A stretch of 64,000 bases of DNA, from NCBI GenBank assembly GCA_010093995.1, contig ML992512.1:405736-469735 (forward strand), written 5' to 3'. This DNA comes from Elsinoe ampelina. Taxonomy: Eukaryota. Positions 11,822 to 24,091 of the stretch are shown here, one piece after another. The notes below the pieces were generated by a model, which saw only the letters and a list, made by a program, of their open reading frames with translations, was not told where the DNA came from and did no database searches. The translations under genes were made by a program, and so were the position numbers. The stretch's first letter is position 1, and each line of letters begins with the position of its first letter.

Positions 11822-14800
11822 ATGGGGGCCCCTCCGCAGCAGGTCCCCACAAGGTTTCCTTGTTGGTGCAGAGCCGTCTATTCATGGGGAGGAGAGGTAC
11901 GCGACCTGGCGCATCATGATACTGCTGTGTGCTGACCAGTGCGACGCAGACCAAGCGAGATTTAGGATTCATTGAAGGCGACTTGATCGAATGTCTTAAC
12001 GCCGGCGACGGATCGTGGTGGACTGGGCGATTACGAAGAGATCAGCGAGCTGTCGGTCTATTTCCCTCCAACTTTGTCCAGGTCTTGGGCGAGGACTTTC
12101 AGCCAGCTCCCATATCCAGGAATATCTCGCCTATGCCTTCTGTCAACCACGGCACACCACAGAAATCGAGTAGCACTTTCCGCAAGCCATTCCAAGCATA
12201 CGAAAAGCTAGGGTATAAGGGATCAGAGAATTCCTTAAGAGAAGGAACGCCAGAGAAGGAGAAGCCAAAGTCCAAGTGGAAGCCGTATTCGAGCATGAAG
12301 ACTGCCCAAGCCCCAACAGGAACAATCAAGAAGAGCACAAGTTCATCCCCTCTGAAACAAGAGAACGAATTCAGGGTACCGTCTCCACCGGCAAGGACTG
12401 TAGCCCGCATGAAGTCGAGGCCGCATAGCCCTGCACCTCCTTCTGCTCGAGCCCGGTCTCCAGCACCTCCTAGCGCTTACCGTCCCGTCTCGCCCAATCC
12501 CATGATGAGGCCAGTGTCACCAGCCATTCCGAGAGCGGTATCACCTGCGCCGAGTCAGTACCGCCCACATTCTCCAAATCCACAGATGATGCGCCCACAT
12601 TCGCCGAACCCACACATGATTCGATCTCATTCTCCAAATCCGCAAATATACAGACCACAATCAGCCATGGACTATCACCAGTATCGAGCCCCTTCACCGA
12701 ACCTAAATCAGGAGCATTACCAGCAGGAGTACCATGACTCCCGAGCGCCATCTCCCCAGCCGTGGAAGCAGGATGACTACTACTCGAGAGCTCCCTCGCC
12801 TACCTTCGATGTCGGATCTTCGCCGCCGCCACCGGCTCCTCCACCACATCGAAGCATTTATCAGAACAGTCGGGCACCATCACCGGCGCCAGGTCGAATC
12901 CAGCAGCAGATCAATGATGGTAGCCATTCTCCCGCACCACCTCATTCTCCAGGCATGACACCTTCACCGCTTCGAGATGCCATGAACGAAGTCATGTCTT
13001 CTCTTCATGATATGAGCGGCATTGCTAGAGAGCCATCTCCCGCACCACGAGAGCCTCGTAGTGTTTGGGCACCAGACGCTTTTGAGGAACTCGCGGGTCA
13101 ATCACATCAGCCATCGCGTGCTCAGTCGGCACTGGGTCTGAGTCGACACTATCAGTCCAACGACAGCGATTCGAATCCTTCTCTGCCTCCTTCTCGAGAT
13201 GGTCCGCCTGTACTCAGCAACTATGTTCAACGTATGGAGCAAAGACTTCGCCACACCAAGTCATCTGCAATGGACTTCTCCAGTGTCACTGATGACACCG
13301 AGACGATATCTGACCACCCGCCGTTGCAACAAGTTATGCGCATGGGTACTGGCGCTAGACGTCCCGAGTCACGCACAAGTAATCGTTCCGAATCCCAACG
13401 CCAGCGAATGGCCATGCATCGCAAATCAGCATACGAGCTGGGAGCTCGCGGCGGTCTGGGACGGAAGGACACAACCAAGTCGAGCGCCACTTCTTCATCT
13501 TCTGGTTGGCAGAGCAATGCCACAACCAGCAGCAGCAGCACGAGTGCCACATCGCAATCTCTAATGTCCAAATCCTCGGCTGGCGCCGTCAGTGCTACAA
13601 GCGCTGGCTCTTTGTCAAGACGGAAGTTCGGTATGGGCAGTCTGAAATCGCGGCGACCTCTCTCCGTGCTTTCTTCTCGTTCTCAGACAGATCTACACGA
13701 GGATATGTCCCGTCCATCCCGACCTGCTTCGCCCATGTCAGGCCCAAGCTATCATGCAAGTCACGCAAGCCAGTCTGTTGCGCCTACCCCTGTTGCAGAC
13801 TGGACGACCAATCCGATGGAATCAGCAGGCATCTTGGGTGGACTGTCAGCACCAAAGGCAAAGAAGTCTGGTTTCTTCAAAAAGATGCTCGCCACTGCAA
13901 AGACAACAGCAAAGACTGGTGCTGCTAACGCAAGATCTACGATTGGTTCAAGCAATGGTTCACGTCCTTCATCACGAGCAGGACCAATGGTTCGCAAGTC
14001 GATGATTCCTGACGGCGTGACCGCAATCTCTCACGAGGACGCAAATCCATTATGCTCTTCTGCTCATCGGGATATGGGTCTCGGAGGTGGTTCAGAGTGG
14101 ATGCAAGTACGTCGAGACGTCAATCGATCCAACAGTCTCTCTCGAAATGAACGCGTCGAACGTGCGGAGAGATGTCAGATGTTAGATGTCCTGGTCATCA
14201 AACCTATCGAGGAGCTGCTGGACCAAGCTGAAGGTGACGAGTCTCTCGATGGTCTGCCTGTCAGCGAGCCCACGGATTTCCAGCAACCTAGTCTGGCATT
14301 GGTGGACAAGAGTACTCGATTTATTACAGCCATACCTCCAAGTACGACTCCTCAAGCTCTGGCGCAGACATATTTGTGCCGACCTTTCAGAAGCGACGTA
14401 CAAAGACTCCGAGCTATCTTCACCTGGGTTAGCGAACGAATTACTTGGGAAGAGGACTTTGTCGGGCCGATCGAGACCAAAAGAGTTCTTCAGACTAAAC
14501 GGGGTTGCAGCGAAGAGATTGCAAATCTGGTGCGGGACTTGTGTGTCGCCGTCGGTCTGCATGCTGAGGTGGTTCAAGGGTACCTGAAGGCACCTGACCA
14601 GCCATTTGATCAAGACGCCTTGAACCGACCAAATCATTGGTGGAACGCTGTACTGTGCGATGGCGAGTGGAGAATCATGGACTGCAGTCTTGCCGGACCC
14701 ACGAATCCGAGAAGGGGCGAGTATAGCAATGCGAACAACAACGTGGCGGAGAGCTGGTGGTTTCTGGCAAGGCCGATGGAGATATGCTACACTCATGTTC

Positions 14801-15903
14801 CTTGCAGATTTGAGCAGCAGCACATCTGCCCCCCAATCGCTCCAGAGATTCTTCTCAATCTTCCGTGCGCTTGCCCGCCTTACTTTCGACACGGGGTCGA
14901 AATGGTCGACTTTGAGACGAGCATGCTGCATGTCGAAGGGTTGGAGATGACGCACCTCAAGCTGGCCGTACCCGAGGACGTCGAGTGCGTAGCAGAGATC
15001 GAGGCCAGAGCATTCGCAAGAGACCACGACGGTGACCTCTTCGAAAGCGGTGATATTGTTCGCAAGCCCGCCTTTGCCCAACCACAATGGATCGGCGGCC
15101 GCAAGATCTTCACGGTCAAAGCTATCCTCCCAGGCGATGAAGGGACCGGCGTCCTCAAGATCTACGCTGGCAAGCGCGGTCTAATGGTAAGAGCCCTCCT
15201 GATTCTATTTCCATCTGACCCTACTGACCTTCCCCAGCACTCCATCTCCTCCAACCCTCACCCCCTCGCCCTCTCCCTCGCCATTACCCACTCCGGCACC
15301 AACCCCCCCTTCGCCTTCCACACCCGCCACCCCACCCCCCACGCCCAGCGCCACGACCTCTACGTCGTCCAACCCCAATGTCACCGCCTGGTCATCAACA
15401 ACACCTTCGTCTTCTGCATCCGGCAACACCCCTCCTCCCTCTCCCGCTTCACCCCGGACACCTGGGGCAGCTCCAACGGCACTAACACCTCTTCCTCGTC
15501 CCACTCCCGCAGCCAATCCTCGATGGGCATCCGCCCCGTGTCCCCCAACCCTTACGCCCGCCCGACGAGCGCAATGAGCATGCGCTCCACCTTCAGCGTC
15601 AACACGGTCTCCGCGAGTGTGGCGGGGAGTAATTTCTCCTCGGGCAGCGACACCGCCACGGGAGGGGGTATGAGCGAGAAGCAGCTCAAGCCGGCCAAGT
15701 TGGCGGTGCAGAGTCCGAGCGGGAAGATCATAAGGTTGACGAGGAAGCAGGAGTATCTTGGCAAGGAGGAGGAGGGGGGCCAGGGGTTGGGCAGTAGTTG
15801 GGAGACGGTCATCAAGGTCGGTGAGAGGGGGACGTGGAGGGGGTTGGTCCTGGCGGATAGGAGTGCGAGGTGGTGTGTGATGGCTGAGTGGGAGTGTATC
15901 TGA
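11822..15903 (+). CDS. CYK3: Cytokinesis protein Cyk3 (SH3 plus transglutaminase-like domain)
   Basis: ATG 11822 (..FPCWCRAVYSWGGE), introns 11897-11949 and 15187-15237 (51 nt, in frame). SH3 DLGFIEGDLIECL..WWTG..GLFPSNFV; TGase-like NHWWNAV..WRIMD. Confidence 0.92.
12562..12651 (+). repeat. Coding tandem repeat, 3 x 30 nt (RPHSPNPQMM / RPHSPNPHMI / RSHSPNPQIY) in CYK3
   Basis: Units start at 12562, 12592 and 12622 with the core CGCCCACATTCnCCnAAnCC. Confidence 0.85.
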
Positions 15904-16404
15904 TGGGACTACGGTCGTGCTGTCGAGGGGAGAGGGGGAAGGGGGAAGGGAAGCAGAGAATGGGGGCAGAGCAGGAAGGCGGAGGTTACTTGTGTATATA
16001 TATCTTGGAGTTTGGGCATGGATCAGGGTGATGATGATGCATGCATGCATGCAAGGAGCGGGTAGACTTTGCACCGTAGGCCGAGGGTATCGCATCATAG
16101 CGGTGCTCGTGATGAACGAATACGCATTTTCATCGTCCACCGACCTGTATACCAAATGCATTTTGCCTGTCGTCTGCCAACTCCAAAAGGGTATCAAGGA
16201 AACACCGCGCAGCCTGTTGAGAGGCCGCTACTCCGCCCTAAGCATCATGTATACCGCCAACACCAATCATGCTTTTGTTCTGGTTTCACATGTGTCCATC
16301 TGAGCTTGCTTCCCCATCCCTTCCAACCCACCCCCTCCCTCGCTATGACAAATATTCCACCTCACATCCGACAGCCCTCCCATCCTCTCACGATGATGGA
16401 CACC

Positions 16405-17483
16405 CTACCTCCTATTCAACAAATTCAAAAACTCCTCCCTCGTCTTGGCCGTACTCCTCATGCGGCCCAGCATGCAACTCGTCGTGGTCACCGCGCCCGT
16501 CTTCTGCACGCCCCTCATCACCATGCACAAATGGCTCGACTCCATCACCACCGCCACACCCTGGGGTTTGAGCACCTCGGAAATGGCGAGCGCGACCTGT
16601 TTCGTCAGGCGCTCTTGGACTTGCAGCCGCCGGGAGAACATTTCCGCGATGCGGGCGATTTTGGAAAGGCCGATGACGCGGCGGTTGGGGATGTAGCCGA
16701 TGTGCATCTTGGGGGGAAGAGGTTAGTGGAAGGCCAGAGGACGGAGGGGAGGTGGGGAGGGGGGAAAAGGCCATACCTTGCCTGTGAAGGGGACGAGGTG
16801 GTGCTCGCAGAGACTGAAGACTTCAATGTCTTTGACTATGACCAGCTCGTCGTGGTCTTCGTGGAAGACGGCGCCGTTGACAATGTCCCGTAGGTTCTCT
16901 TCGTAGCCTTTGGTGAAGAACATCATGGCTTTGGCGTAGCGCTCTGGGGTGCCGTAGAGGCCTTCTCGGTCGGGGTCTTCGCCGATGCATTCGAGTAGGG
17001 TGCGGACGGCCCCGGAGAGCTTCTTTAGTCGTTCCTCCTCTTGCTCGGGGGTTTGCTCTAGTCGGTTTCTGGTCCCGGTACCTGGAGAGGTTAGGTGGTG
17101 GCCGAGAAGATGAGAGGGCATAGCTTACTTGGCCAGCTGAGGCCGTCGAAATCTACTGTCGGGTTGTGCGTATATGGGCTTATGCTTCGTGAAGAGGTCG
17201 CTGGTGGAGTTGGCGGTACTGCGGTGTCCCGTGGATCCCTTGCGGCCTCTTCCTCTACTCGCTCTATCTTCTGCTCCTCCTTCGACTCCATGTTGGGTGA
17301 GATCTCGCCATACTCGAGGTCAATCGGGTACTTGCGTGGTCCCATGGAGGATCTGATCGCTGCAAAAGCACTCTCTCGTTCCCGAGTGTCCCGCGCGACT
17401 TGGTTGGCTGGGGTTGCTGGCTTGCCTTTCTTCATGTGGTGAGGTATCGCTTTCGGGCGTTCGTCTCTGGTAGAGTCCTCCAT
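16405..17483 (-). CDS. FOL2: GTP cyclohydrolase I
   Basis: ATG 17483, introns 17082-17128 and 16708-16776. [55 protein letters not shown]. Confidence 0.96.
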
Positions 17484-19189
17484 GACGGTCGAATTAGGTG
17501 GTGTGGTCTTATATGGTCGGTACCCCACGGCACTCCTGGGCTCTGCTTATATGTGGTAGAATGATTGCACGGATTGCCTGGATCTGTTCACTGGAAGTAG
17601 TTGGAAAATGCTGCTTGTATATGGTAGAACAAATAGTCCATGGTCGCTCGGAAATCTAGTGTGGACCTATTTGCAGCATGATCAGGCCTTTTGAGGGACC
17701 TGCCAGATGTCGCGATGGGATATATTAAGGGATTCGCTCGCCGGGTGAAAAGTTGCTCGGAGAATTACTGAAGACCGCGGGACAAACGAATCCCCATTCA
17801 AACTTTAAAGAGGACCGTGATTGCCCGCGGTTCGCCGAAGACCCTGCCAAGCTCCGGTGCTTTCACGACCTCACCTGCGCTTCTGCTTTTGACATTTCAC
17901 GCGGACAGAGCATCTTACACGAAGGAGTATAGACATGGTGCTCCCATCAGGTACGCATACATCTTGGGCTGGTGAGTGAGCTGGGAGAAGCGAAAATTGC
18001 GCAATACGCAGAGCTCGATGCGCTTACTAGCGTCATCGCCGGAATGTCGGGACACATCACAATTCAATCCCGAGACACGGCGATGCAATGTTCCATACCT
18101 GGCTTCTTGATGGTCATTTTGGGAAGCAGATTAACCACATGAAGTGCACAATGACGCCGAGGCAGAGGACACCGACACGGCTAACTGGCACGACGCTCAG
18201 GCAATGACCGTACTGCCCTCACGTTCGGAGCAACAACATACTTTGCCACAGCATTCATGAATCTTACTAAACGCAGAGACTGCACTCACTCGATTTCCTC
18301 AGTAGAAATGTTTGAAGGTCTGCATTGGGCCGCCTCTGGAAGGAGGTGTCAGTCGTTGCAGTAATCGCGAGCAGAATCGACACAATGAGCTGTCACCTTG
18401 TCGTCTCCTGTGGCGTGACAGCTCTATGGGCTTCGAGGACGATATCACAATCACGTCGAAACTGCATGGATACTTGCTCAACCCTGTTCTGGGGTCCGAC
18501 ACTCTGGCAAGCTGTACGGGAGACATGTCGGGGCGGCCTTCGAACACTGAAACTTGACAGACGTGGTGTGTCTGAGGTGGTTTATAGTTGTACTGTGATG
18601 TGATGTCGTCTCTCACATGTCTGTCATTGCGCTGAAGGACGTCCGAAAGGACGCACCTCTTGCCAAAGATGGAAGAGAGCTTGGAGCGAGAATGTTTGCA
18701 CACGTCTTCGACAGCTCGAGAGCGTACTGTGCTCCTGCTGCAATCACGAGCGTCTCGAAAGATGATTCGATGCGGCATCATACATGGGAGAAAGCGACCT
18801 TGAAAGCTGTGCGGTTGGCGAAATGCACGCGAGGGCAGGTTTCGAGGGTGGTCCGTGCCGAGTCAGCGCGAATGGAGAAACTGACGTGCACGTCAAGTCA
18901 AGTCACTGTCACTGGCCACGCCGAGCAGGACAATCAACTCTTCTATTCGCGACCCGCTACGATCATGGAGGATTTGCTATTTTTGGAGGGGTTCAGGCAC
19001 ATTCAAAGGTGAGAATACTTGCGCAACCCTCGGTCACTTTTTCTTTTCCCTGCCATTTTGTTATTTGCAGCTTGCGATCAGCCCAAGTCGCAGGCGAGCT
19101 GAGAGAGGGGAGTGTGGCTTTGCCGAGCGGAGGATCCGCCAGTTCAGTGACTTTCTGCTATTGATTACCTACCTCTGTCCTCTGCCCAT

Positions 19190-22051
19190 ATGGACAAGCC
19201 AGAGTCATTCAATCGTAACGTGCGGCCGAGGAATGGAGGGAACGGCAAAGTAAAGTCGTGGTCGCGCAAGGTGGAGGCCAAGAGGAAGCTATCGCCGGAT
19301 CTGCCTCAGAGGTCTGAAGGTCGTGGAGAAGATTCATCAAGACCCAAATTTCCTCCCTCCTCCCACACCGACCGCAGGCCGTCACCTGCAAGGTCTTCTC
19401 GTGCCGACACCATTACACACGCCAAACAAGCCTCTCGCACTTCTCCAATCGGCGCGGGCAATTCCGATCGATCATCCCGCCCAAACCCAGCTGCAACCTC
19501 ACCCAATCGACAAGCTCGAACACAGAAAGCAACCTCGCCAGATCGCCTTGACGCGCCCAAACACATCGAGAAGAAATCTCGCAACAACAAAAAGCGGAAG
19601 AGCAAGGCAGCCAAACAATTTGAAAAGTCCGCAAAGGATGAGGGTACTGCTCCGAGGCCCGTGACCACCAAGCAAAGTGCTGAGGCCTTGAGAGACGACA
19701 GAGGCTTTCCGACACGAGATCGATACTACCGCAACGAGGAAAGTCACCGATATCCCCCATCTCGCCGCGGAAGATCACCTGTAGATTCTCGACGGTACGA
19801 TTATCCTGTAGACCCCCGCGATAGGTACCCTCCAGAAGATCCGTACTACAGCCGCAGGCGCACTCCGCCCCCACCAGGACGCAGTGCCGACCCTCGCGAC
19901 CACTACTCGCGAAGAGAATACGACGATTACTACCGTGGTCAAGAGTCAAGACAAACCCGGGAATCATCGCGCCGTAGGTCGACTTCACCTGACGACGACC
20001 TCATATCAGCCCTTGCAACGAGCAAGCGCAAGCCTCCCCCACCATCAGCCCCGGCGCCTGCATCTGGAAATCGCTCGCGGCACCCGTCACGCTCGCCTCC
20101 AAGACCGCCTTCACGTAGGGATCCCCGCGACTGGCCCGAAGATCGCCGTGTAAGTGACCGCGAATCTCGCGACTATCCAGAGTATTCCGAGAGATCTCGA
20201 CGCGAGCACTATCGTGATCGAGAAGAAGAGAACGAGATGTACGGACGTGGTGGGGCCCATAGAGGGGGCTATTACAGTCACAACCAATCGCCACAGTATC
20301 ATGGGCAAGGATATTACAACCAACCACACGGCTATCCACCTCAAGGCCGTGGCTACCCACAACCGCCGTACGGCAGTCACCATGGCTCCCCCACTCATGG
20401 CTATCCTCCTCAAGGATACCAGGCATATCAGCAGAACGGATCTCCGTACTATCAACAAACACAGCATCAGCATCAGCATCAGCATCAGCAGAGTCATCCG
20501 CCTCGAGGACCTGCACAACCAACGGATGCACCTCGTGCACCTCAGAATCGATCGAGTGGTCCGCCGTCAGGTGCTCAAAAAACAAAAGCAGGTCACTTCG
20601 CCAACCTGTCGTGGACTCCGACCTCAAAAAAGTCCGAGTCGAACGCGTCTGTGAAGAGCTCATCACCTGCGCCTGCCGGCCCAGCATCTGCTATGGACGA
20701 AGACGAAGAAGACAACCCGTTTCGACCGCCCAAGGATTTCCGTGCTGAGGATGAGGCGGCGAAGAAAAAGAAGAGGGAAGAGGAAGATCGTAAACCTATC
20801 AGCTTTACCATCAAAGGCGCTGCCGAGAAGAAGAATCCTCCCAAGGCCCCCACAGCGCCTGCAGTACGGATGGTCAAGGAACTTGTGATACGAAAGCGGA
20901 TGAAACCTCGACCAGAACTCGACCCGGATCACGTCAATTCGGAATCGGTTTACTATCGAAAGGATGGCAACGAGTCAGTCGTTGGTTCAGGAACTTACGG
21001 CAAAGTCTACAAAGCTGTACACGTCTACACAAAGCAGCACGTGGCTCTCAAGAAGATCCGTATGGACGGCGAACGTGATGGCTTTCCAGTCACGGCTATT
21101 CGCGAGATCAAGCTACTGCAATCACTGCATCACCCCAACATCGTCGCTCTTCAAGAAACAATGGTCGAGAAGAACGACTGCTTCATGATCTTCGAGTACC
21201 TCTCCCACGACTTGACTGGTCTCCTGAATCATCCCAATTTCGACCTCACAGCAGCGCACAAGAAGGATCTCGCAAAACAGCTTTTCGAGGGTCTAGACTA
21301 CCTTCATCGACGCGGCGTCCTGCATCGAGACATCAAAGCCGCGAATATCTTGGTTTCAAAGTCCGGCCAGCTCAAGTTGGCCGATTTTGGTCTTGCTCGA
21401 TTTTATGCCAAGAGCCGCAAACAGGATTATACTAACCGCGTCATCACCATCTGGTATCGATCACCCGAACTTCTCCTCGGCGAGACTCAATACGGACCAG
21501 CAGTCGACATCTGGTCTGCTGCCTGCGTGCTCGTCGAGATTTTTACCAAACACGCCATCTTCCCTGGAGACGGAGGTGAGATCAACCAACTGGACAAAAT
21601 CTACAACGTTCTCGGCACGCCGTCGCGGAATGTCTGGCCTGGCATTGTCGAGCTACAATGGTACGAACTTCTCCGGCCACAGCAGAAACTTCCTTCCACA
21701 TTTGCCGAGAAATACCAGGATCGAGTAACGAAAGAAGCATTTGGTCTTCTAGAAGCCATGTTCCAGTTCGATCCTGAGCTTCGACCCTCAGCGAACGATG
21801 TTTTGGAACACCCTTACTTCACAGTTGAGGAGCCTCGACCAAAACCTCCTACCGAGCTAGCAGAATTGGACGGAGACTGGCACGAATTTGAAAGCAAAGC
21901 GCTGCGCAAAGAAAAGGACAGAGAGAAGCGACGCGAGGAGAAGGAGCGGAGGGATCGAGAGAAAGAGGGCGTAAAGGGTGAGAAGAGACCTGTACCTGCC
22001 GGAGCTGAGGAAGGAGAGGCCAAGAGGATGAAGCTAGAAGGGGATGTATGA
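19190..22051 (+). CDS. CTK1: RNA pol II CTD kinase subunit alpha (Ctk1/Lsk1, CDK12/13-like)
   Basis: Long R/S/P/Y-rich disordered N-terminus, then kinase domain GSGTYGKVYK, GFPVTAIREIK, HRDIKAAN, DFGLAR, YTNRVITIWYR, and C-terminal DWHEFESK. Confidence 0.9.
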   Translation: MDKPESFNRNVRPRNGGNGKVKSWSRKVEAKRKLSPDLPQRSEGRGEDSSRPKFPPSSHTDRRPSPARSSRADTITHAKQASRTSPIGAGNSDRSSRPNPAATSPNRQARTQKATSPDRLDAPKHIEKKSRNNKKRKSKAAKQFEKSAKDEGTAPRPVTTKQSAEALRDDRGFPTRDRYYRNEESHRYPPSRRGRSPVDSRRYDYPVDPRDRYPPEDPYYSRRRTPPPPGRSADPRDHYSRREYDDYYRGQESRQTRESSRRRSTSPDDDLISALATSKRKPPPPSAPAPASGNRSRHPSRSPPRPPSRRDPRDWPEDRRVSDRESRDYPEYSERSRREHYRDREEENEMYGRGGAHRGGYYSHNQSPQYHGQGYYNQPHGYPPQGRGYPQPPYGSHHGSPTHGYPPQGYQAYQQNGSPYYQQTQHQHQHQHQQSHPPRGPAQPTDAPRAPQNRSSGPPSGAQKTKAGHFANLSWTPTSKKSESNASVKSSSPAPAGPASAMDEDEEDNPFRPPKDFRAEDEAAKKKKREEEDRKPISFTIKGAAEKKNPPKAPTAPAVRMVKELVIRKRMKPRPELDPDHVNSESVYYRKDGNESVVGSGTYGKVYKAVHVYTKQHVALKKIRMDGERDGFPVTAIREIKLLQSLHHPNIVALQETMVEKNDCFMIFEYLSHDLTGLLNHPNFDLTAAHKKDLAKQLFEGLDYLHRRGVLHRDIKAANILVSKSGQLKLADFGLARFYAKSRKQDYTNRVITIWYRSPELLLGETQYGPAVDIWSAACVLVEIFTKHAIFPGDGGEINQLDKIYNVLGTPSRNVWPGIVELQWYELLRPQQKLPSTFAEKYQDRVTKEAFGLLEAMFQFDPELRPSANDVLEHPYFTVEEPRPKPPTELAELDGDWHEFESKALRKEKDREKRREEKERRDREKEGVKGEKRPVPAGAEEGEAKRMKLEGDV

Positions 22052-22232
22052 TACCATCCACCCCAGAGTCAGGAAAGGGGCGCACACAGCATCACGTGTA
22101 ATGTATACAGACATGCATAGCGAAAGGAACGCTTGATGACGACCAGCACAATACAGCAACCAGCGATGAATGACACAGAATTTCCACAGCGACCTCTCCA
22201 GCTCACATTGATGTCTGTATTCGTACACTGCC

Positions 22233-23099
22233 TCACGAAGGCTTCCCCTTCCTCGCCTCCGCCCCTGCCTCGGTCGCCAAATCCTCCTTCGTCTTCGTCC
22301 CCTGACTCCCCTTCACAGCCGGCAGTTCAAAAACCTGACTCCTCCCCCCCTTGATCCCCCTCCAGAAAGGGGTCAACCACCCCCCTTTCGCGCCGTTCGC
22401 CTCCTCCTCCAACGACCCCGCCGGCCTGGGTGGCCACACATCCCACTGCAACATACCCACCCACGGCTGCACGTTATACCTCAAATACAGGGTACAGTTC
22501 TCCAACCCAGCCAACTTCCCCGTCGGCGTGGTAACCTGGTACTTCGGCCGCTGATTATCCAACTTCAACACCCCCTCGCTCTTCCCCTTGGGATACGCCT
22601 TGAACTCATCCAGTTGTGGGTCGTGGGTGCGCAGCCGCTTACTCTGCTTCCCCACGGGCGAGGCGGAGCGCTGCCTCACGCGATCCCGGGACTGTTTCGG
22701 AGACTTTGTCGTGCCGGGATGGATGTAGGTATTCTCATGCCACGGCGCGAGGGAGGAAGGGACGATAGCGTCCCATATCACTGCCTCGGAAGGGGGGAAG
22801 TTGGGCCCGTGGTGGGATGGGAAGACGGCGACGATGTAGATGAAGACTTGCTTTGTGTTCCAGGAGAAGAGCGAGGTGAGGTCCGCGGACAGGTCGAATT
22901 TGATGTGGGCGTATTCTTCTTTGCGGGTCGAGTAGTAGTGTGGTCGGCCTTTGACGACGGACACGTTGGACATGTGCAGTTTCGCCGAGGGGGATTGCGG
23001 GTGCAGGAGCGAGGTGAGGGCGATGATGCCCGCGAGGGTGAAGGCGACGGAGGTGAAGAAGCCGAAGCTGTTTTGTAGGCGGACGAGGGAGGAGTGCAT
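22233..23099 (-). CDS. SPC3: Signal peptidase complex subunit Spc3 (SPC22/23)
   Basis: ATG 23099 MHSSLVRLQNSFGFFTSVAF plus signal anchor; DLSADLTSLFSWNTKQVFIY, VIWDAIV, YNVQPWVG. Confidence 0.9.
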   Translation of the reverse strand: MHSSLVRLQNSFGFFTSVAFTLAGIIALTSLLHPQSPSAKLHMSNVSVVKGRPHYYSTRKEEYAHIKFDLSADLTSLFSWNTKQVFIYIVAVFPSHHGPNFPPSEAVIWDAIVPSSLAPWHENTYIHPGTTKSPKQSRDRVRQRSASPVGKQSKRLRTHDPQLDEFKAYPKGKSEGVLKLDNQRPKYQVTTPTGKLAGLENCTLYLRYNVQPWVGMLQWDVWPPRPAGSLEEEANGAKGGWLTPFWRGIKGGRSQVFELPAVKGSQGTKTKEDLATEAGAEARKGKPS

Positions 23100-24091
23100 T
23101 TTGTGTGGTGGTGGGCAATTGCAGTTGCAATGCCGGTTGGTGGTGGTGGAGGTGGGAGGGTAGGTGGTGATGTAGGCTTGGAGGACAGATGTTCGAAGTT
23201 GCGGCTGAATAGAGCTTTGCGGCTGAAAATGGTCGATCCCCTGCCAGACCATCCACCCCCACTTGAACCACATGTGTCTGACATGCAATCAGCAGATATC
23301 TCTTCCGCTCTTCCATCATGCAACACTTGTCAATTTGTATACACTGGCTTAGCTTTTGCAGAATGTGATTCAAGGCGTACGGAGTGCGACTGTGAGTAAA
23401 TAACAGCGACGACTTTTGGGACAGCCTGGCTCTAAAGGCGAGATGGGCACGCAAAGTATGCCTGGTATCTCGCCGTGTGTCACATCATCCTTGCGACACC
23501 TGGAGACCATTTCCGTTGATTGCTCGTAGAGAGCATTAGCACTTCCATAGTTGAGCGCTGCAAGCCTTCCGCGGCGACCACCAAGAGGCAAATGTGAAAC
23601 GTACGCCTGGTACTCTTCACAGTCCAATTCCAGAAGAGTCTTCCGTCACTCCAATCCAGACCCTGGGCCTTCGGATGAAAGTGAATTATGTATTGAACCA
23701 AACGAGATCTACTTGGTCTGAAAAGTGACAGTTCTGGCCCTCCCAGGTTGATGATCGCTTCAAGTTGTTACAGCCGATGTGATGAGAGAGCACTATACCC
23801 CGCCAGGATCATCAGCGTCCGCTTTATAAGGCTTCGATGTTTGTCTAAGGTCACAATACAGCCAAATATGATATGAGCTATACTTGAAGCAGATCAACGC
23901 TGTCGGTGAACATTGACCGACGGCGGCGGCCAAGGCGGGCAGGTCCCGAGCCAAGCTTTCGGGGTACATTCTCAGCCGCATTTCGGTGAAACCCTTCTCC
24001 GAAGATTTTCTGGACAACCTCGTCAAACCACTTCATCATTGAGAAGAGAGCAGCAATCTCGGTAGCAGATTCGACCACGACAACGTACACA

